A stretch of DNA of 64,000 nt from the NCBI GenBank assembly GCA_009103225.1, contig RHPI01002048.1, positions 409,357-473,356 of the forward strand, read 5' to 3'. Positions 35,967-49,778 of the stretch are shown here, piece by piece. The translations under genes and the position numbers were made by a program. The stretch's first letter is position 1, and the number at the start of each line of letters is the position of its first letter. Source of the DNA: Chlorokybus atmophyticus. Taxonomy: Eukaryota; Plantae; Mesostigma and Chlorokybus algae. The notes below the pieces were generated by a model. The model did no database searches. It had not been told where the DNA came from and saw nothing but the letters and a program-made list of their open reading frames with translations.

Positions 35967-38900
35967 TTACACGGGTTTGGGTGGGACATATGGTACAATC
36001 AGCGCGAGTAAGCTCTCTCGGGGTTCCCGGGCCACATCTAGGGCGAAACACGTGCCGCTGGCCGCTGGCATCAAGTACATTGTGCGTGTGGCACCATTAA
36101 CTTCCAGCTTGACCACGCCCGCACGACCTCGTTGCGCCAAGTACTCCATGAACTTCACAAACTGCAGAGCGATTGGATCGTATAATCATGAAACATGCTG
36201 TTGACTGACCCAATGTTGCGTACACAGCACATTACCTGCTTGTGATTGTCAGTGCCTGCGTCAGACACCAGACGCCACAAGCACTTCTGCAGAAACATGT
36301 GACATGTGAGCACCTTGATGCAGCTCATAGGCAGCTCTTTTGCTATCACTTGCTACTACAGTGGTGGACATACCTCTCCAGGGGGTGCACTGCGCAGTAT
36401 TGTTGTGAGAACGTGTTGTAAATCCGCTCGCATTAAAACGTCCAAGGCTTGTGGCCACCTGTCAAACTAACTTTGTATACGTATGCACTACTGAGAGGTT
36501 CTTGCAAAGAAGAATGAGGTACTCAGATGCGAGGCCATTCAGCAAAAGACACTCACCCTTCTGAGCTTGTAAAACTAGGCTCGCAACCATTGGCTTGCTC
36601 AAGAACAGCGGTAACTTTACACAAGTGCACACCAGACTTTGACAGCGAGCCCTGCCACTTTGTCCCAACATCAGGAACAAGGACTGGCAGTGGTGGAGGC
36701 GGAGAAGTTGGGATGGGAGGTACACTAGGCTCAGGAGGCTGGGAAGGTTGTTCCTCCGGCACAGGTGCAGGAGCTACCCCCAGCTGCTCGTAATCCATGG
36801 GAACGCTTTCATCAGGCTCTGCTCCATCGTGAGGCGAGTGCCACAGCTGGTCACCATCAGATGTTGCTTGACCATCTGCAGTTTGAGCGGCTGGTGTGCT
36901 GGGCGCAGGCGATACAGATGAGTACACTCTGCTTAGCTGACGAGCTCCTCCTGTATTCAGCCTAGCTGCATTCTCCTGCGCCAGCCTCTGAAACCTGCTG
37001 CCCGAAGACGATCCTCGCAAGGACTGCGCTAGCATGGCTGGCGTCTGGTCGGATGCTGCCGTGAAGCTGTTAGAAGCGGGCAACTTGCGCACTTCCACAT
37101 CCCACCCTGACTGACTCTGGCCAGCAAAGTAGCTGCTGTTCTGGCGGCTCATGCCACCCTGTCGCCGGGTCGCATCGGTTGCAGTCTGTTCTGCGGCATC
37201 AGGACTGCCCTGCCCTGAATCTCCCAGCGCAGCGCGCCCTGCTGAGGCAGGGCCTCGTGCATTGGCAATGGCTTGCGAACCGGGTGTGAGCAGGGTGGGA
37301 ATGGAGTTGACCCCGCGTGGTCCCTTGAACTCGACGGAGATTGTCAGCTGCCCAAACCGCTTGCCATGTAGTTTTGCTTTAGCCGCTGCAGCATCCTCAG
37401 AGTGACGAAAGTCAAAGAAAGCGCAGGCAGCCGACCGCAAGAACCTTGAACTGTTAATCGGTCCGTGCTGAGCGAAAGCTTCTATGAGGTCATCTTCGCG
37501 CACATCTGGCCCAACGCCACCTACCCAGAGATGCCTTGATGAAGATGTGCGAAGCTCTGGCTTCACGCTTCTTGACCTTGATCTGGATGACCTTGGGTTG
37601 TCGGCAGCAGCTGAGCGTGCTTCTCTCTCTGTGCATAGCAGGTTGAGCGCAGTGACTGTGTCTGCAAGGCTTGCAAATTCCAAGAGTATCGCATTGGCAA
37701 ACACAAATATAATGACGCTCTGAACAGTCAGTCCTGTTGCAGAGACCTCCGCGAGCACAGCTTCTTTCAATGAGTGGCTGCTGATGTCACCGACCCACAA
37801 GTATGGGTCGGTGATTGTGGAAAGTGCATTGCCACTGGAGTCGGTAAACTTCACTTGCAGCTCATGACCCCATCGCAGCGCACCATGCAAAGCCTGCCGT
37901 ATGCGTGCCGCGTCTTGAACTGTTGCTGCTGTGACAGTTGCTGACTTCAGCTCTAACTTCAAATTGACGATTTCCGCAGTGGCTGCATGCTGCTTCAATT
38001 CCGCCACGAGCAACTCCTTCGTGACGGCTGACCCCAAGGAAGTGATAGTGACATGCTTTGTGGCATACAGCACATTGGACGCTTGCTGCTCTTTTTCGTC
38101 ACGAGGCGTAGCTGCTGTTGGCACTCTCTCAGCGCCAACTGTTGCCTCACTCAAATCACTGTCACGCCGTCGCGGACCGGGTGATGCTGTAACTGGCTCG
38201 GGCTTCGCAACTGCTGCTGCAGCAGGCGCAGCATCACCCTCGACCTTTACCGCTTTCGTGGTGAATGGGCTGTGACTAGGCTGCTCAGCATCGCCTGAAT
38301 AGCGCTCTCGCTTTACATCTATGTGCAAGGTGGGTGGGCTGCGTCGTGGTGAAGGTGGCTTAACGGGTGACTCCTTCTGCTCCTGTTTCACTGCCATGCC
38401 ACTCACTGGCGGGTGAACAGGAGATGACAAGTCTGTGAAGCTGGACAAGCGATTTAAGAGGGGCTCAAGCAGAGAACTCTCAGTTTTGCCTGCAAATTCT
38501 GCCTCTTGAGCCTTTGCCGTAAGCCAACGCACAAGACCAGGTGAGTGGTGCAGAACCTGTAAAGGCGTTGACTAGTCAGAAACAGCTCAGACCATCTGCT
38601 GCAGGCAGCAACTGTCACACATACACAGCTACACATGCAAGCACACACCGGCCGATTACCTGCTCAAGAAACAAAACTTTCTGTACAGAGTCACCCGCAA
38701 AGGTGTCTGCCTTCCTTAGAAGGGCATCAGATAGCAACCAGACAGCACCGCTCCGTGCTGCGGCTTCTCCGGTCACGGAGTTCATAGCACAAGCTAGCAC
38801 CCCGCGCGGATCAACCTCAAATATGCGCAGCATCGCTTTTGCTGCCATGTCCAGGTTGCCATGCGGCGTGGACGGCTGTTCTGAAGTACACATGAACTGC

Positions 38901-40267
38901 CCGAGATGGCGCAGCAACGATTGACAAACAACCTGTGTAACTGCACACCCGCTGCCTTGGTTCACAGCTGCCGGATTGCAAGCAGCAGCAGCCTCTACAA
39001 GATGCACTAGCCCAGTCCATGCATCCACCAATACGTCCACGCATGCACCAGAAGATGCGTCGACAGAAGCTGAAGCTGAAGCTTCTTGCCACAGGTGCAA
39101 CTGAGCCTGTGCAGCGGCATTCCACAAGGATGGACATGTCGCTGCAAACTTGGGAATAAGCAATGCCGCCAATCGCTGCGGCGCAGATGGACCTGTCACA
39201 ACAAGACTTAGGCAGGCATGCAAGTACTGCATGTGTGCCACAACTACTGCACAAAACTGGTACTATTTCTCCACTACACGTAATGCACACTAGCATGTAC
39301 CGAACCGCCATTATTGACATTGTACTTACGGGGCATGAGGTGTTGTGGCAGTTTGATAACTTGCAAGCGCTGCATACGTGCAGAATGGCAGCCATAAATT
39401 GATTGCACACGCATGTGGGCGATAACGAAGCACGTAAGCAAGGACTGACATTCATGTAGGAGTCAACTCTACCCTCCAGATCAATCGGGCTTAAGGCCTG
39501 TCCAACAGCTGAAGCTTAAACCATTCACGATTGACTGCCCGGCTGGCACTGCATTGCGCATTAACCTTTCACAAAGCCGATTGCACTACATGCAAGGAAC
39601 AAACGTAGAGATGCATGATGGACTGCCCGGCTGGCACTGCATTGAGCATAAACCTTGCACGAAGCAAATTGCACTAGAATGCGAGGAACACAAATGTAAA
39701 CCTCAACAGCAAGCATCTGCATTAGGGTTTGGTCTTGCATGCACCAAGCATTGTTTCAATGCGCCGACACATGTCCAAGCCGTGCACATGCAAGCGTGTT
39801 ACCTCTAGCTGCGGCCAGGATGCACTGAAACGCCTCATCCGCCTTGCGCTGCTCTGCCTTGCTAAGAGCGCGTGAGCCATGATGCCGATCAAGAGCGCAG
39901 TATGCGCGGTACATTGCAGTCAGCTGCGTTTTCAGTTGTGCTTTGGCGGTTAGCGATAGCTCAACAGCATGGCCGATACCACCAGATAAGTCTATACGAT
40001 CAGTTGGTTTGCCCGCTGCAACCCAGCACACATGAAGTCATAGAAAGCAATTAGCGACAAACAAGTTCGATCGTCACTGTGAGGAGCTGCTCAACAGATT
40101 AAGCACTACCCCGACAACCCCTTCACAGCAATAACAAGTGATCGTCACTTACCACGATCAGCTGCGGCACCGCCATTAGCATCAGCTGGCGCCTCAAGCT
40201 TGCGCTTCTTGGCACGCTGGTCGTCGGCGGCGTCAGGAGCCTGTGCGGCACCCGCTTCCTCTTCCAT
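35967..40267 (-). CDS. Nuclear RNA-binding protein: API5-like helical N-terminus + RRM(s) + C-terminal SPOC domain
   Basis: Start MEEE..AKKRKLE (NLS). MYRAYCAL..AFQCILAAARG/QRLAALLIPKFAATCP. RRM SRHLWVGGV..ACAFFDF. SPOC KWQGSLSKSGVHLCKV, WPQALDV, FMEYLAQRGRAGVVKL..MYLMP. Stop TAA at 35967. Confidence 0.8.
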
Positions 40268-41599
40268 GCTTCCGAGTTGTCAATCCAGCGTAACGGCCTG
40301 ACTCCCAAGTCAACACCCAGTAGCATACAGTTCCAGTATCCCCGACAGACATGCCACGCCGCCGCCGCCACCCCCGCCGCCTCCGCCACCGCCGCCCCTT
40401 TCCCCGCAGCTGGGCATGCAGTGGGAGTTTGGCAGAGTTGCCTGTCAGTTTTTGCCGCCAAAAGTCGACAGCCCATGTACGAACGTACATCACGATCGTC
40501 ACGCTGTGGGGTGTCGTATTGCAGCGTGAGGATCGTGCAAGTTACGATCATGCAAGTTCAACGACTCATGTAAGCATTGCCAATTGCAACCTTATGTCAT
40601 GTTGCCAATCGCACAATGATGCCATGCTAATCAGTACTGCGGCAGCACTACCAGGTAGCATGCAGGGTAATGCCAGGTGAATGCTGGCATTGCAACCAGT
40701 GTTTGACACCACTTATTTATTTTATGCCTGTATGGCATCCTTAAAATAATCAATACAAGATGTAAACTTGATTGTTTCGTGTGTTGCGTAATGTAATTGA
40801 CGCGCTAAACGCAGGTGCCATGGCTTGTTGCAAGATATGTAGCCTGTCTGTTTTATTATACATGCGCCATGTGGAACGGCCCATGTCATTGCATAACGAC
40901 TTGTTTAAACAAGGCTTATTTGAACCAACCGTCATAAAGAATTGTATCAGCTAAAACCTTATGATTTAAGATTGTGAAGCTTATTTGCATGGCAATGAAG
41001 TGATGTCAATGCGTCGTGCGTACATGTAATCAGCATTTTCAATTTTAACATCCTGCAAATCAACGTTAATTTTGCGACTCTCAAACGCAAATTTTTGCAT
41101 TGCGCATGTATGACATATCATGTGCCTTATGTTATGATACTATGTACGTAGCTTGTGATGCAAAAACAATATGGTATGATCTTTCAAACCTTGCTTGTGC
41201 TACTCTCATCGCACCTTTGATTGCACACCACATGCACACTTGCGAGCCTCAGATGGTGACTTCATGGAAAGCATGCACAATAGCTCGTGCAAAGCTTCTA
41301 GCATGGATTCTCACAACAACAGCTACCTACTTGCCAGCCAACAACATTGTGGTGCGCAGCTGCATTGCTTGTACCAACATTCCACATCGCACTCTACATG
41401 TTGTCAACATGTACATACACGCAAATTTCTTTCATTGCTTGCAAAATCGGGCTGCTGCTGACACCGCCAATAACGCCAACTCCAGCCAATGCCATCAAGC
41501 ACATACACGGTATATGGTGCTCTAGTCCATGGTGCTGGCCAAAGCACATAACTTTGAAAGATTCTTCTCATGGCTGTCAGCAACGCCCTAGATGAGTAC

Positions 41600-42575
41600 C
41601 TGAGCAGCTGCCAGCATCTCACTTTAAATGTCAGAACATCACCACATATGGTTTTGCCTCCACTCCACCAATGTCCTGAAGCGCCAGCGGCTGGTCCCAC
41701 ACAGTCTGTGCGCTACTGTTGGGGCCTTTGGCAAGCCAAGTGGTGCGTGCACGGGATTGAGGTGCTATTATCGCGCCAACCACGGGTGGCGGCTTGCCTG
41801 GCAACGATTGAGTGCCATTGCTGCTCGGCTCTGAGACAGCAACTGCAACCGAATTGGGCGGGAGTCCCTCTGAAGGTACTCCAGCTGTTGTAAGCTTGCG
41901 TGACCGTTTCTCTGTGCAACAACTCAGACCTTTTGTACCGCGCTAGTCTTGTACTGAAACAAGACAACGCACACAACTGTGCATGCTTGAAACACGAATG
42001 ACACCCAGACAAAGGTGAGCGAACACCAGACCTTCTCGTTCCCGTCGTTTTCTTTCCTTCTTCTCCTGTCGCTTCCGTTTCTGCAGCACGCAGGCTGCAT
42101 TCAGCAGACTGACCACTTGCTGCGTGTGCTTTTCAGTAAAGGGGAAATGCTTGCAAAATGTTGGTTCATGGATGCCCATACATTTGCGTGGTGTTGCATA
42201 TCACGTGGAAGCAAGAGACCAGCAAGCCAAGTCTACACAGAACGACATGTATCCGCCAGGTCTGTTGCGATGCAAACCGCTCATTGTAGTTGCCCAGCAC
42301 AGAGGCAACGCGTGCATTGTGCATCACAGACCACCATCCGGTTGCAGAACATAGCCGATGTCTACTGAATGCAGCAGCATGAATATGCATGCAATGGAAT
42401 AAATAAGCAGACAAGTGATTTGCGTACGACAACATGCTTGCGTTTGCTACTCTGAGTCAAAGATGGTCTGGGCCTCCAAGCATCATATCTGCAAAGAGAG
42501 GAGCTCAGATAAGGATGCAACCTTTTCAGCGCGGATGAGCTCTTCAAACACCGGCCGCGGGAGGCAGCGCGACAT
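41600..42575 (-). CDS. Putative multi-exon gene of unknown function, divergent from SC35
   Basis: Exons 42080-42032 (KRKRQEKKERKRRERE) and 41911 to ~41640 (about 90 open codons) join in phase through GT-AG sites. Candidate start MSRCLPRPVFEELIRAEK at 42575. The remaining structure is unresolved. Confidence 0.4.
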
Positions 42576-43319
42576 AGGACTGGCCCGGCGGCTGCTGCTG
42601 TGGCGGCGGCGCGGCGGCGGCGGCTACAGCAGAGGCGCGGGCGCCGCAGAGACATTCCGTCACCGCCGCCGCCGCCCGCTTCGGGGCGCCGGGGCTCACG
42701 CCCACCTCCTCCAGCTGATTCACCTCCTCCAGCGGCACGGGTTGCTGCCGTCAAGGCTGTAGTGGCTACTGATCCTCACGCCCCACGAGTCTGCTGATTC
42801 AAAGAGGAGAGTGTATCCGTGTCGTCCGCCTTCACCACCGCCGGCGACTCCGCCACCACCACCGCCGCCGTCGCCGCCACCGCCGCCGCGGATGCCGCAG
42901 CAGCGAGGCATTGTTGCCAGATCTACCACTGCGCTATTTGATCGACCCCGCAAAAACCCTAGCAAATGACGGCAAGGCCCCTGCAATATATACTGACGAG
43001 CCGCACACAAGCCGTGCCGTTTGCGCAGCGTAGGGCAACTTGCGCTGCAAACCCTTGCAGCCGGTAGTTGTCGCTGCAGCAGTGCGCCTCCTCCGCCGCG
43101 GCGTCCAGGTTGGCGGTAGTGGCGACGGTCGTCTGCCGCTGTGGGGTGAGACTGTGTTGTTGTTTTGCCTGCTCTTGCTGCTCCATGTGTGGTCTGCTGC
43201 TTTGGCGGCCTCGGGCGTGTCAATCAAGCAGTACCCTGCCTTGCGTGCGGCGGTGTGAGCGGTGTCTGTTTCCAACAATGTGGATATGCGCTTTGCAGGC
43301 AAGCAGACGTCATAGATAG

Positions 43320-44820
43320 ATGTCGGCGTCTCCGCCACCTAGGGAAGGGAGTGGGCCGCCGGCCAGGCGGGGTCCCCCGGACATCAGCGGGACGCATTCC
43401 TTGCTGGTGCTGAACATCACTTTCCGGACCACTCCGGAGGACTTGATGCCCATGTTTGAGCGCTACGGCAAAGTGGCTGACGTCTTCATACCCCGTGACC
43501 GCCGCACTGGCGAGTCCCGTGGTTTCGCCTTTGTGCGCTTCGAAGATGAGCAGGAGGCGAATAGGGCTGTTGAGAAGCTCGACGGGACGACTCTGGATGG
43601 TCGTCAGATGAGCGTTCAGTTTGCGAAGTTTGGCAGAAACGAAAACCCAGCGTGAGTGCAATTGCTACAGCCTCTGACCCGTGTTGTACAACGATCCACA
43701 GGTTGTTGTTTTATCCCTTACATTTGCAGGAGCCGTAGTCGGTATGGAGGTCACGACAATGGCTACAGGGGCAGGTAAGCAGTTGTATTGAGATGTGTCA
43801 TGGCTGTGTGTAGTCACCTCACCGGGTCTTTCATGTGTACAGAGGCGGTTCTAGGGGTGGGAGGTATGATGACCGGAATGACCGCTATGGCGGCGGTGGT
43901 GGTGGTTATGGCGGCCGACCTGGAAGGGATGATCGCCATGGAGGCGGCTACGCAGTTCGCTATCGCCCTCGGTCGCGATCACGCAGCAGAAGGTGCGTGT
44001 TTGGGCAATCGACCCGAGCTGTCTTGTTTCGACGCGATGAGTTAGCCATAGACGTAGCAAGCGTTGAAGACCTCATGGTGCAATTCAGGGATGTTGTTGC
44101 TGCGTCGCTCGCGTTCCCAACGAGATGTTGTTAGCGCGCCTGCTGCTCGTGTATAACATCTGCGTGCCATTGGTGATGGGGCCGGGTCCAGATGAACTCT
44201 GTGATTGTGTATGGACGCAGCCGTGACCGAGACAGAGACCGCAGAAGCCGACGCGACGACAGTCGCTCTCCCCGTAGACACAGTCGCCATGAGGATCGCG
44301 ATCGTGTGCGGAGCCGGAGGTTGGTACTTCTGTTGTCTTGCAACATTAGCAGCATGCTGTGCGCCATGTGCTAACTTTTGCGTGCAGCCGCTCCCCTGCA
44401 AGGAGGAGTGATCGCGCTGGTGGTCATCGTCGCAGCCCCACTCCACAACGGAATGCTAGGTTGGTTGGAAGAGATCGCCTTACCACACATCTTGCTGGAC
44501 TGTGTGCCCTGTGCTCATTGGTGCTGCATTGCAGTTCGAAGGGAGCAGCAAGCAAAAGTCCCTCGCCACGGGCGCGATCCATGAGGTTAGCTGTTGGCAT
44601 GGTTGATTCAAGCATTGCTTATCAGAATTGGTCAGTGCTCATATCCTTTTGTATTGCAGTGCGTCTCCTGCTCCTGCTCCTGCTCATAGCGCAAGCCCAG
44701 TACAGGTGTGATGTGGCAGTTTTCTGCATTTTGCATGCTAGCTGGCTACATGCATGTTGAGCAGCCTAGTCAGCACTGTGTCGTCTCCAAGTTCCAACCC
44801 ATGCTCGTGGCCAGGAGTGA
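43320..44820 (+). CDS. SC35: Plant-type SR splicing factor SC35 (SRSF2-like): RRM + RS domain
   Basis: GPPDISGTHSLLVLNITFRTT..VFIPRDRRTGESRGFAFVRF is the plant SC35 signature, followed by RS/RD-rich exons. The last exon boundary is approximate. Confidence 0.92.
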
Positions 44821-45780
44821 GGACGTCAAGGAAGTTGCTGATGCAGCAGATAAAGCTGTATTCTGGCAGGTGTTGTGTCTGGCATTTTTGTGTAGCCAGT
44901 GGCATGTTTATTCCCTGGAGGCGGTGTGGTGTCGACAGTCTCCAAGTACCACCAGTGCGGTTGACAGAGTGTGCTTGTCTTTGTTCAGCACTTTCATTGC
45001 GTCTTGCTGTTCGCTTGATTGCACCTGTACAAAAGCCGTTGCATTGTGCAGTACTCTGTGAATCTCCATTCAATGTCCCGCTGTACTGGTGACTGCAATT
45101 TCTGGTTAAGATTGGCAGTGTACAGAATATGCAAGTGATGTATTCAACAAGCACGACACATGCATGGACACGACACTTACTACAACCACACTAACCTCAA
45201 TCACGACTAGACCTGGCTAGATACACACTGGCTACCACTACCTACTAGTGTATGCCACAAGTAGCACAGTAATTAGTTGTGTTCCTGAAGGTATTTTCAC
45301 AGCTGTGTGCAGCGCATGCATACATTCAAAGCAAGCAGCAGCTGCGGCTGTTGGCCAATTCCGGATATAATTTGCATGAATGTGTGCGCACATGCGCACT
45401 GCAGTGTGATTCTCAAGGGTGTACTCAATGTAGGCTTGCTATGCGTCCATGCAACCAGGTTTGGCATAGCATATGGTGAAATAGAGTTTGGCATAGCATA
45501 TGAATGTTAGTCTGCTGGTCTTCCGTAAGGACTCCTTACCCACCCTATCTCCTTAGCCGGCCAGCTGCAAATTTGCTGACGGGTGCATGCGGAACAGCTC
45601 AAAACACTTATTAGTGGCTCATCTCCTCAATTTGAACTGTATTGAACTGGGCATTCGGTAGAACTGCGCGCACACTCTCAGACTGACTGCATCCAACGCA
45701 TTGGGCTGACAGTCATGTGACAAGCTTGCAGCAGACCACTCCGTTGTCAACGCTGTGCACGAGCGACGGCAGCGCGCTTG

Positions 45781-47171
45781 CATGGCGGCAGGCGGCGGCG
45801 GCGGCGCTGAAGCCCGGCGCAGCACTATCTCCGTGGTCATCCCTGCGTTGAATGAGGCGGAGGGCGTGGGGCGCGCGATCGACAGCGCCAGGGACGGAGG
45901 GGCGGCTCTGGAGGTGATTGTGGTGGACGGCGGGTCCGCAGACGCCACCGCCGCCGTGGCCGCCGCTCACAAGGCCACCGTCCTTGCCGGCGTCGGCAGG
46001 GGCCGCGCCCTGCAGATGAACGCCGGGGCCGCTGCGGCCAAGGGCGACACCCTGCTGTTTCTCCACGCCGACAGCGCCCTGCCCAATGGCTGGTCGGCCT
46101 GCGTGCGCAGCGCCATGGATGAGCAGCCCACCTCGCCCTCGTCCTCCTCCTTGTCGTTGCCCTTGTCGTCGTCAGCATTCGGCAGGAGGAGAAAGCGAAC
46201 GTGGGGGGCATTCGAAGCCATGCGGCTTGAGGTGGACGGCTGGGGTTTTCGGATGGTGGAGGCTGGCGCACGCCTGCGCACTCTCCTCCTCGGCCTGCCC
46301 TACGGAGGTCTGCCAAGAGTGTCCCTGCTCTGCCCGCGTGCCAATACTGCTGCTCTGCTTGCTGTGACCGGTGCCTGAGGTGCGCAAAGGCCAAACTCAA
46401 AGATAACAATAGCAGTAATAGTAACAGTAACATCACACGTGACATGTAACAAAAATCACAGCATTCCTTTCTGCACAGTAATGCCATTCAACCTAATGCC
46501 CCGCAGCAGCATGTGCGGACAATACACCAAGTCGTAATTCGAAGTCCTTTGTGCACTTGCATGCGTCTTCAGAGCGGCTGGCGTGTGATGGTGCTTTCAA
46601 GCGTCCATTTACGATTCTGTGCTTATATATTATTGACCGTGTCCTGTAGATGGCCCTGCATATTCTGACTGCACATATGCGGGTCAAGCAAGCCAATCTG
46701 TGCCTGTGGCAGATCAAGCGCTGTTTGTGGATTCTGAGGCTTTCAAGGCCATTGGCGGATATGACGAGCGATTGGCACTCATGGAGGATTATCAACTGGT
46801 GAGTGCTCTGCGCGCTGCAAATCGCTTGTGACCATTACTCGGCGCACATGATGCATAGCTCCCACTCGCTCCACCATATGACAGGTACACCGGCTTCGCC
46901 ACACCTTTGGCCGCCCCGCACTTGTGCCCAGCAACAAGCCTGTCCTCACTTCAGCGCGTCGCTGGCTTCAGCATGGTATCGTGCGCACTACGGTAAGGCG
47001 GCATGCACACCTCCTTCTTGTGGTAGCCATGCCTCCTTTGTGCAACAGCGTGTTTACATCAGCATCATGTAGGTGATGAACCAGTTCATTATTACGGCGT
47101 ACTGGCTGGGAGTCCCCACAAGCACACTGGCACAGTGGTACCGCAATGCTGCTCCTCGCAAGGCTGTCTGA
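45781..47171 (+). CDS. Glycosyltransferase family 2 protein (TIGR04283-like), 4 exons
   Basis: ISVVIPALNE, IVVDGGSADAT, GRALQMNAGA, LLFLHADS, LPYGDQALFV..F..IGGY, LMEDY, TSARRW; stop TGA at 47169-47171. Confidence 0.9.
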
Positions 47172-47975
47172 GTAACTTCCATGACTGCAGAGCAACACGA
47201 TTCCCGAGAAATTTACAGCAGGTACTGTACCTGTCCAGCAAGTTAGTCAGCCCGTGACTGTCAATTGAGGCTAACCCATATAAGGCTGTTGGCATGTCAA
47301 CCAGGAGGACTTCTGCAAGGGAGTGCTTTCTTGGCAGAGACCGTGATTGAAACACAAACAGTTCACATTAGCCGCTGCTAGTACAGTAGACAAGGACATA
47401 TTTATCAAGAGAACGCACTCTTCAGATCTCTTAGTCCCTACCATTGGCAGTTTTTTGTCGGTTTGACCCACCAAGGCTCAAGGCTACAGACTGTATATTG
47501 ATGGCGGTTGCTGGTGACAAGCGACACAGCATAGTGGTCCAGTCGCGCATTCTGGATTGCGACGTAGGTTGCAGTGTTCACTGATATCTGTTGAGCAGAG
47601 AGGAAGCTCAATTTCGTGCATGGCAAGTTGTATGCAATGCAAAACAGGCAGTTTGTTCACGATGATGTGTGCTGACATTGCACATTCTGGAAGAAAGGGC
47701 TGTGTGCACCAGGAAGGTGCCTTGACAGAGGCATTGGGCTGTCACTATGTAGTGGCAACAATTGTTCTTGTTGTTCTGCGTTTGCAAACATTGTGTCTTG
47801 CGCACGAAACCCTGCAAGTTTAAGTCTGGGTGTGTCGCAACACCAACTTTCAAGTGCTGGCTGCAGATTCAGACCAATTGGCCTGCGGTTGCCCGCTCTA
47901 TACCCGCACACGACGGTTCGCGCAAAGTTTGTATGCGCTTGCCCGGGCGTACTGCCTGCTCGCATGCGCAGCGAC

Positions 47976-48923
47976 ATGGCGACGGCGGCGGCGGCGGCGG
48001 CGGTGGACGCCCTGGCGGCGGTCGAGCAGCAGGAGCATGGGGGTTCAGTGGCATCCCCTCCTTCCTCCTCCGCGTGCGAGGCGGAGTGGCCTGTGCCCGG
48101 GCCGGCCGGAGGTGCGGCCTGGTCGGTGCGAGCGCTGCACTTCCAGGGGGTGAGCGGCAGCTCGGAGCTTGCCGGCCTGCTGGGCCCCGGGGCGGCCGTC
48201 CTGCATGCAGGCGCTCTTCCGGGCCTCCTCGCTGTTAGGGCGGCGGCGTGGCGGGCCGCCGCAGCCTGGGCCAGGGACCAGCAGCGCACCCGCACCCCTG
48301 GCGCCGAGGCGGTGTTCTGCGTTGCCGCCTCCAAGCACATAGCCGACTCCCTCCGCCGCCACGGCGCCGAGAGCAACCCCGACAGAGTCCTCATCCTCCT
48401 CACTGGCCCCGACGGCGAGGAAGCCGCCGCACGCTGCAGAGCCCTCGTGGCTGAGAGGGCCGGCCGCCCCGCCCCTCTCTCCACACTTGCTGAGCTTGCA
48501 GATCGGGCGCTTCTGAACAAGGTGAGGGGCTCACTACGTCACAACAATGCTTCACACGTACACATGCACCATGCACTCTTCCATGGGTAACAACACCACG
48601 TTTGCAGCTCTCATGTTGCAGACATGCAAATATGCATAACATGCAAGTGGTTGTGGCCCACTTATGCGCTTGGCTAGGCGGACAGAAGCACTTGAACTGT
48701 TTTTTTTATGGACTGTACTAGCCTCTGCAATTGCTTTGTGCTAGGTGCATTGGTGTTGGCGTTCGCTGAGAATAGTGTTGCGCAGTCTTGCATACCCGCA
48801 GAGGTGCAGGCTGACATATCTTTCACTGTGCAGTACTACAAGTTCACGCAAGCTGAGTTGGCCAGTGGTGTTGATCTGGATGAGTCGATAGCTACGCGCA
48901 TTGCAGTTAGGGATGCTTTGTAA
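47976..48923 (+). CDS. CGI121: KEOPS/EKC complex subunit CGI121/TPRKB, 2 exons
   Basis: AEAVFCVAASKHIADSLRRHG, LLNK|YYKFTQAEL, IATRIAVRD* match the CGI-121 family. Confidence 0.88.
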
Positions 48924-49778
48924 TGACAGCACAAAAGCGAGCAGACTTTTAGGTAATCAGTACACTGATTGCCTGTAACATCATGGCGGTGTTTTGTACA
49001 ATCACCTATCTTGGCATCGTTGTGTAGGTTGCCTGCAAGTAACTATTGCATCGGTTAACAATCAGACACATGCATTTCGGTGTGTCATATTGGGTTACAT
49101 GTCATGCATAAACTGTGATGTATAAGCCAACACACTCGATGCAGGGTCAACGACCTGATAGTATTAAGAGCGCAAACATATTTTCAACCTCTATGCTAAC
49201 AATTTGACACATGCAGTTTTGCCAAGGGTGTGCGAAATTGGGCTACATGTCCTGCATGAACTGCAACTTGTATAAGCCAAACGGCAGTCATTGCAGGCTC
49301 GATGATCTAACATCAAATAATTTTAGGAGCACAGAATTGTTTTCGACAGGCACTGCACAATACATATCACAAGACCACGCTGTATGCAACATTATCTCGG
49401 CAAAATCAGTCAACATGTATCAATCAAGTTGTAACCAATAGAAAACTAGTATGACGCTACACATACCTCCAGCTCTTGGGGATGTAACTACCATTTCAGC
49501 TCAACAGAACAAAGCTATACACCGCCAACGAAAGTACAATATGAGTAGTGAATCTCCAAAACAACTGCATAGTAAAAAACCTGCATTGTTTCGTGACACC
49601 TGGCAACTCGCCAGCGAACCTATACAGTGTACACTGCTAGCCCTCGCGCTGAACCATATACTCTGCTGTGCGAAGCGCATACCAGTAGATCCCCAGAATG
49701 CGCTTGCGTTACACGAGCAAGTGACAATTTGCTTTGTACACTAAAGTACACTTTCCCTACCCACTAACAGCTCCTCCA

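Noticed and set aside
42440-42575. TGA read-through or selenoprotein in the frame ...LSLQI*CLEAQ
   Set aside because: More simply explained by unresolved splicing; no SECIS evidence.
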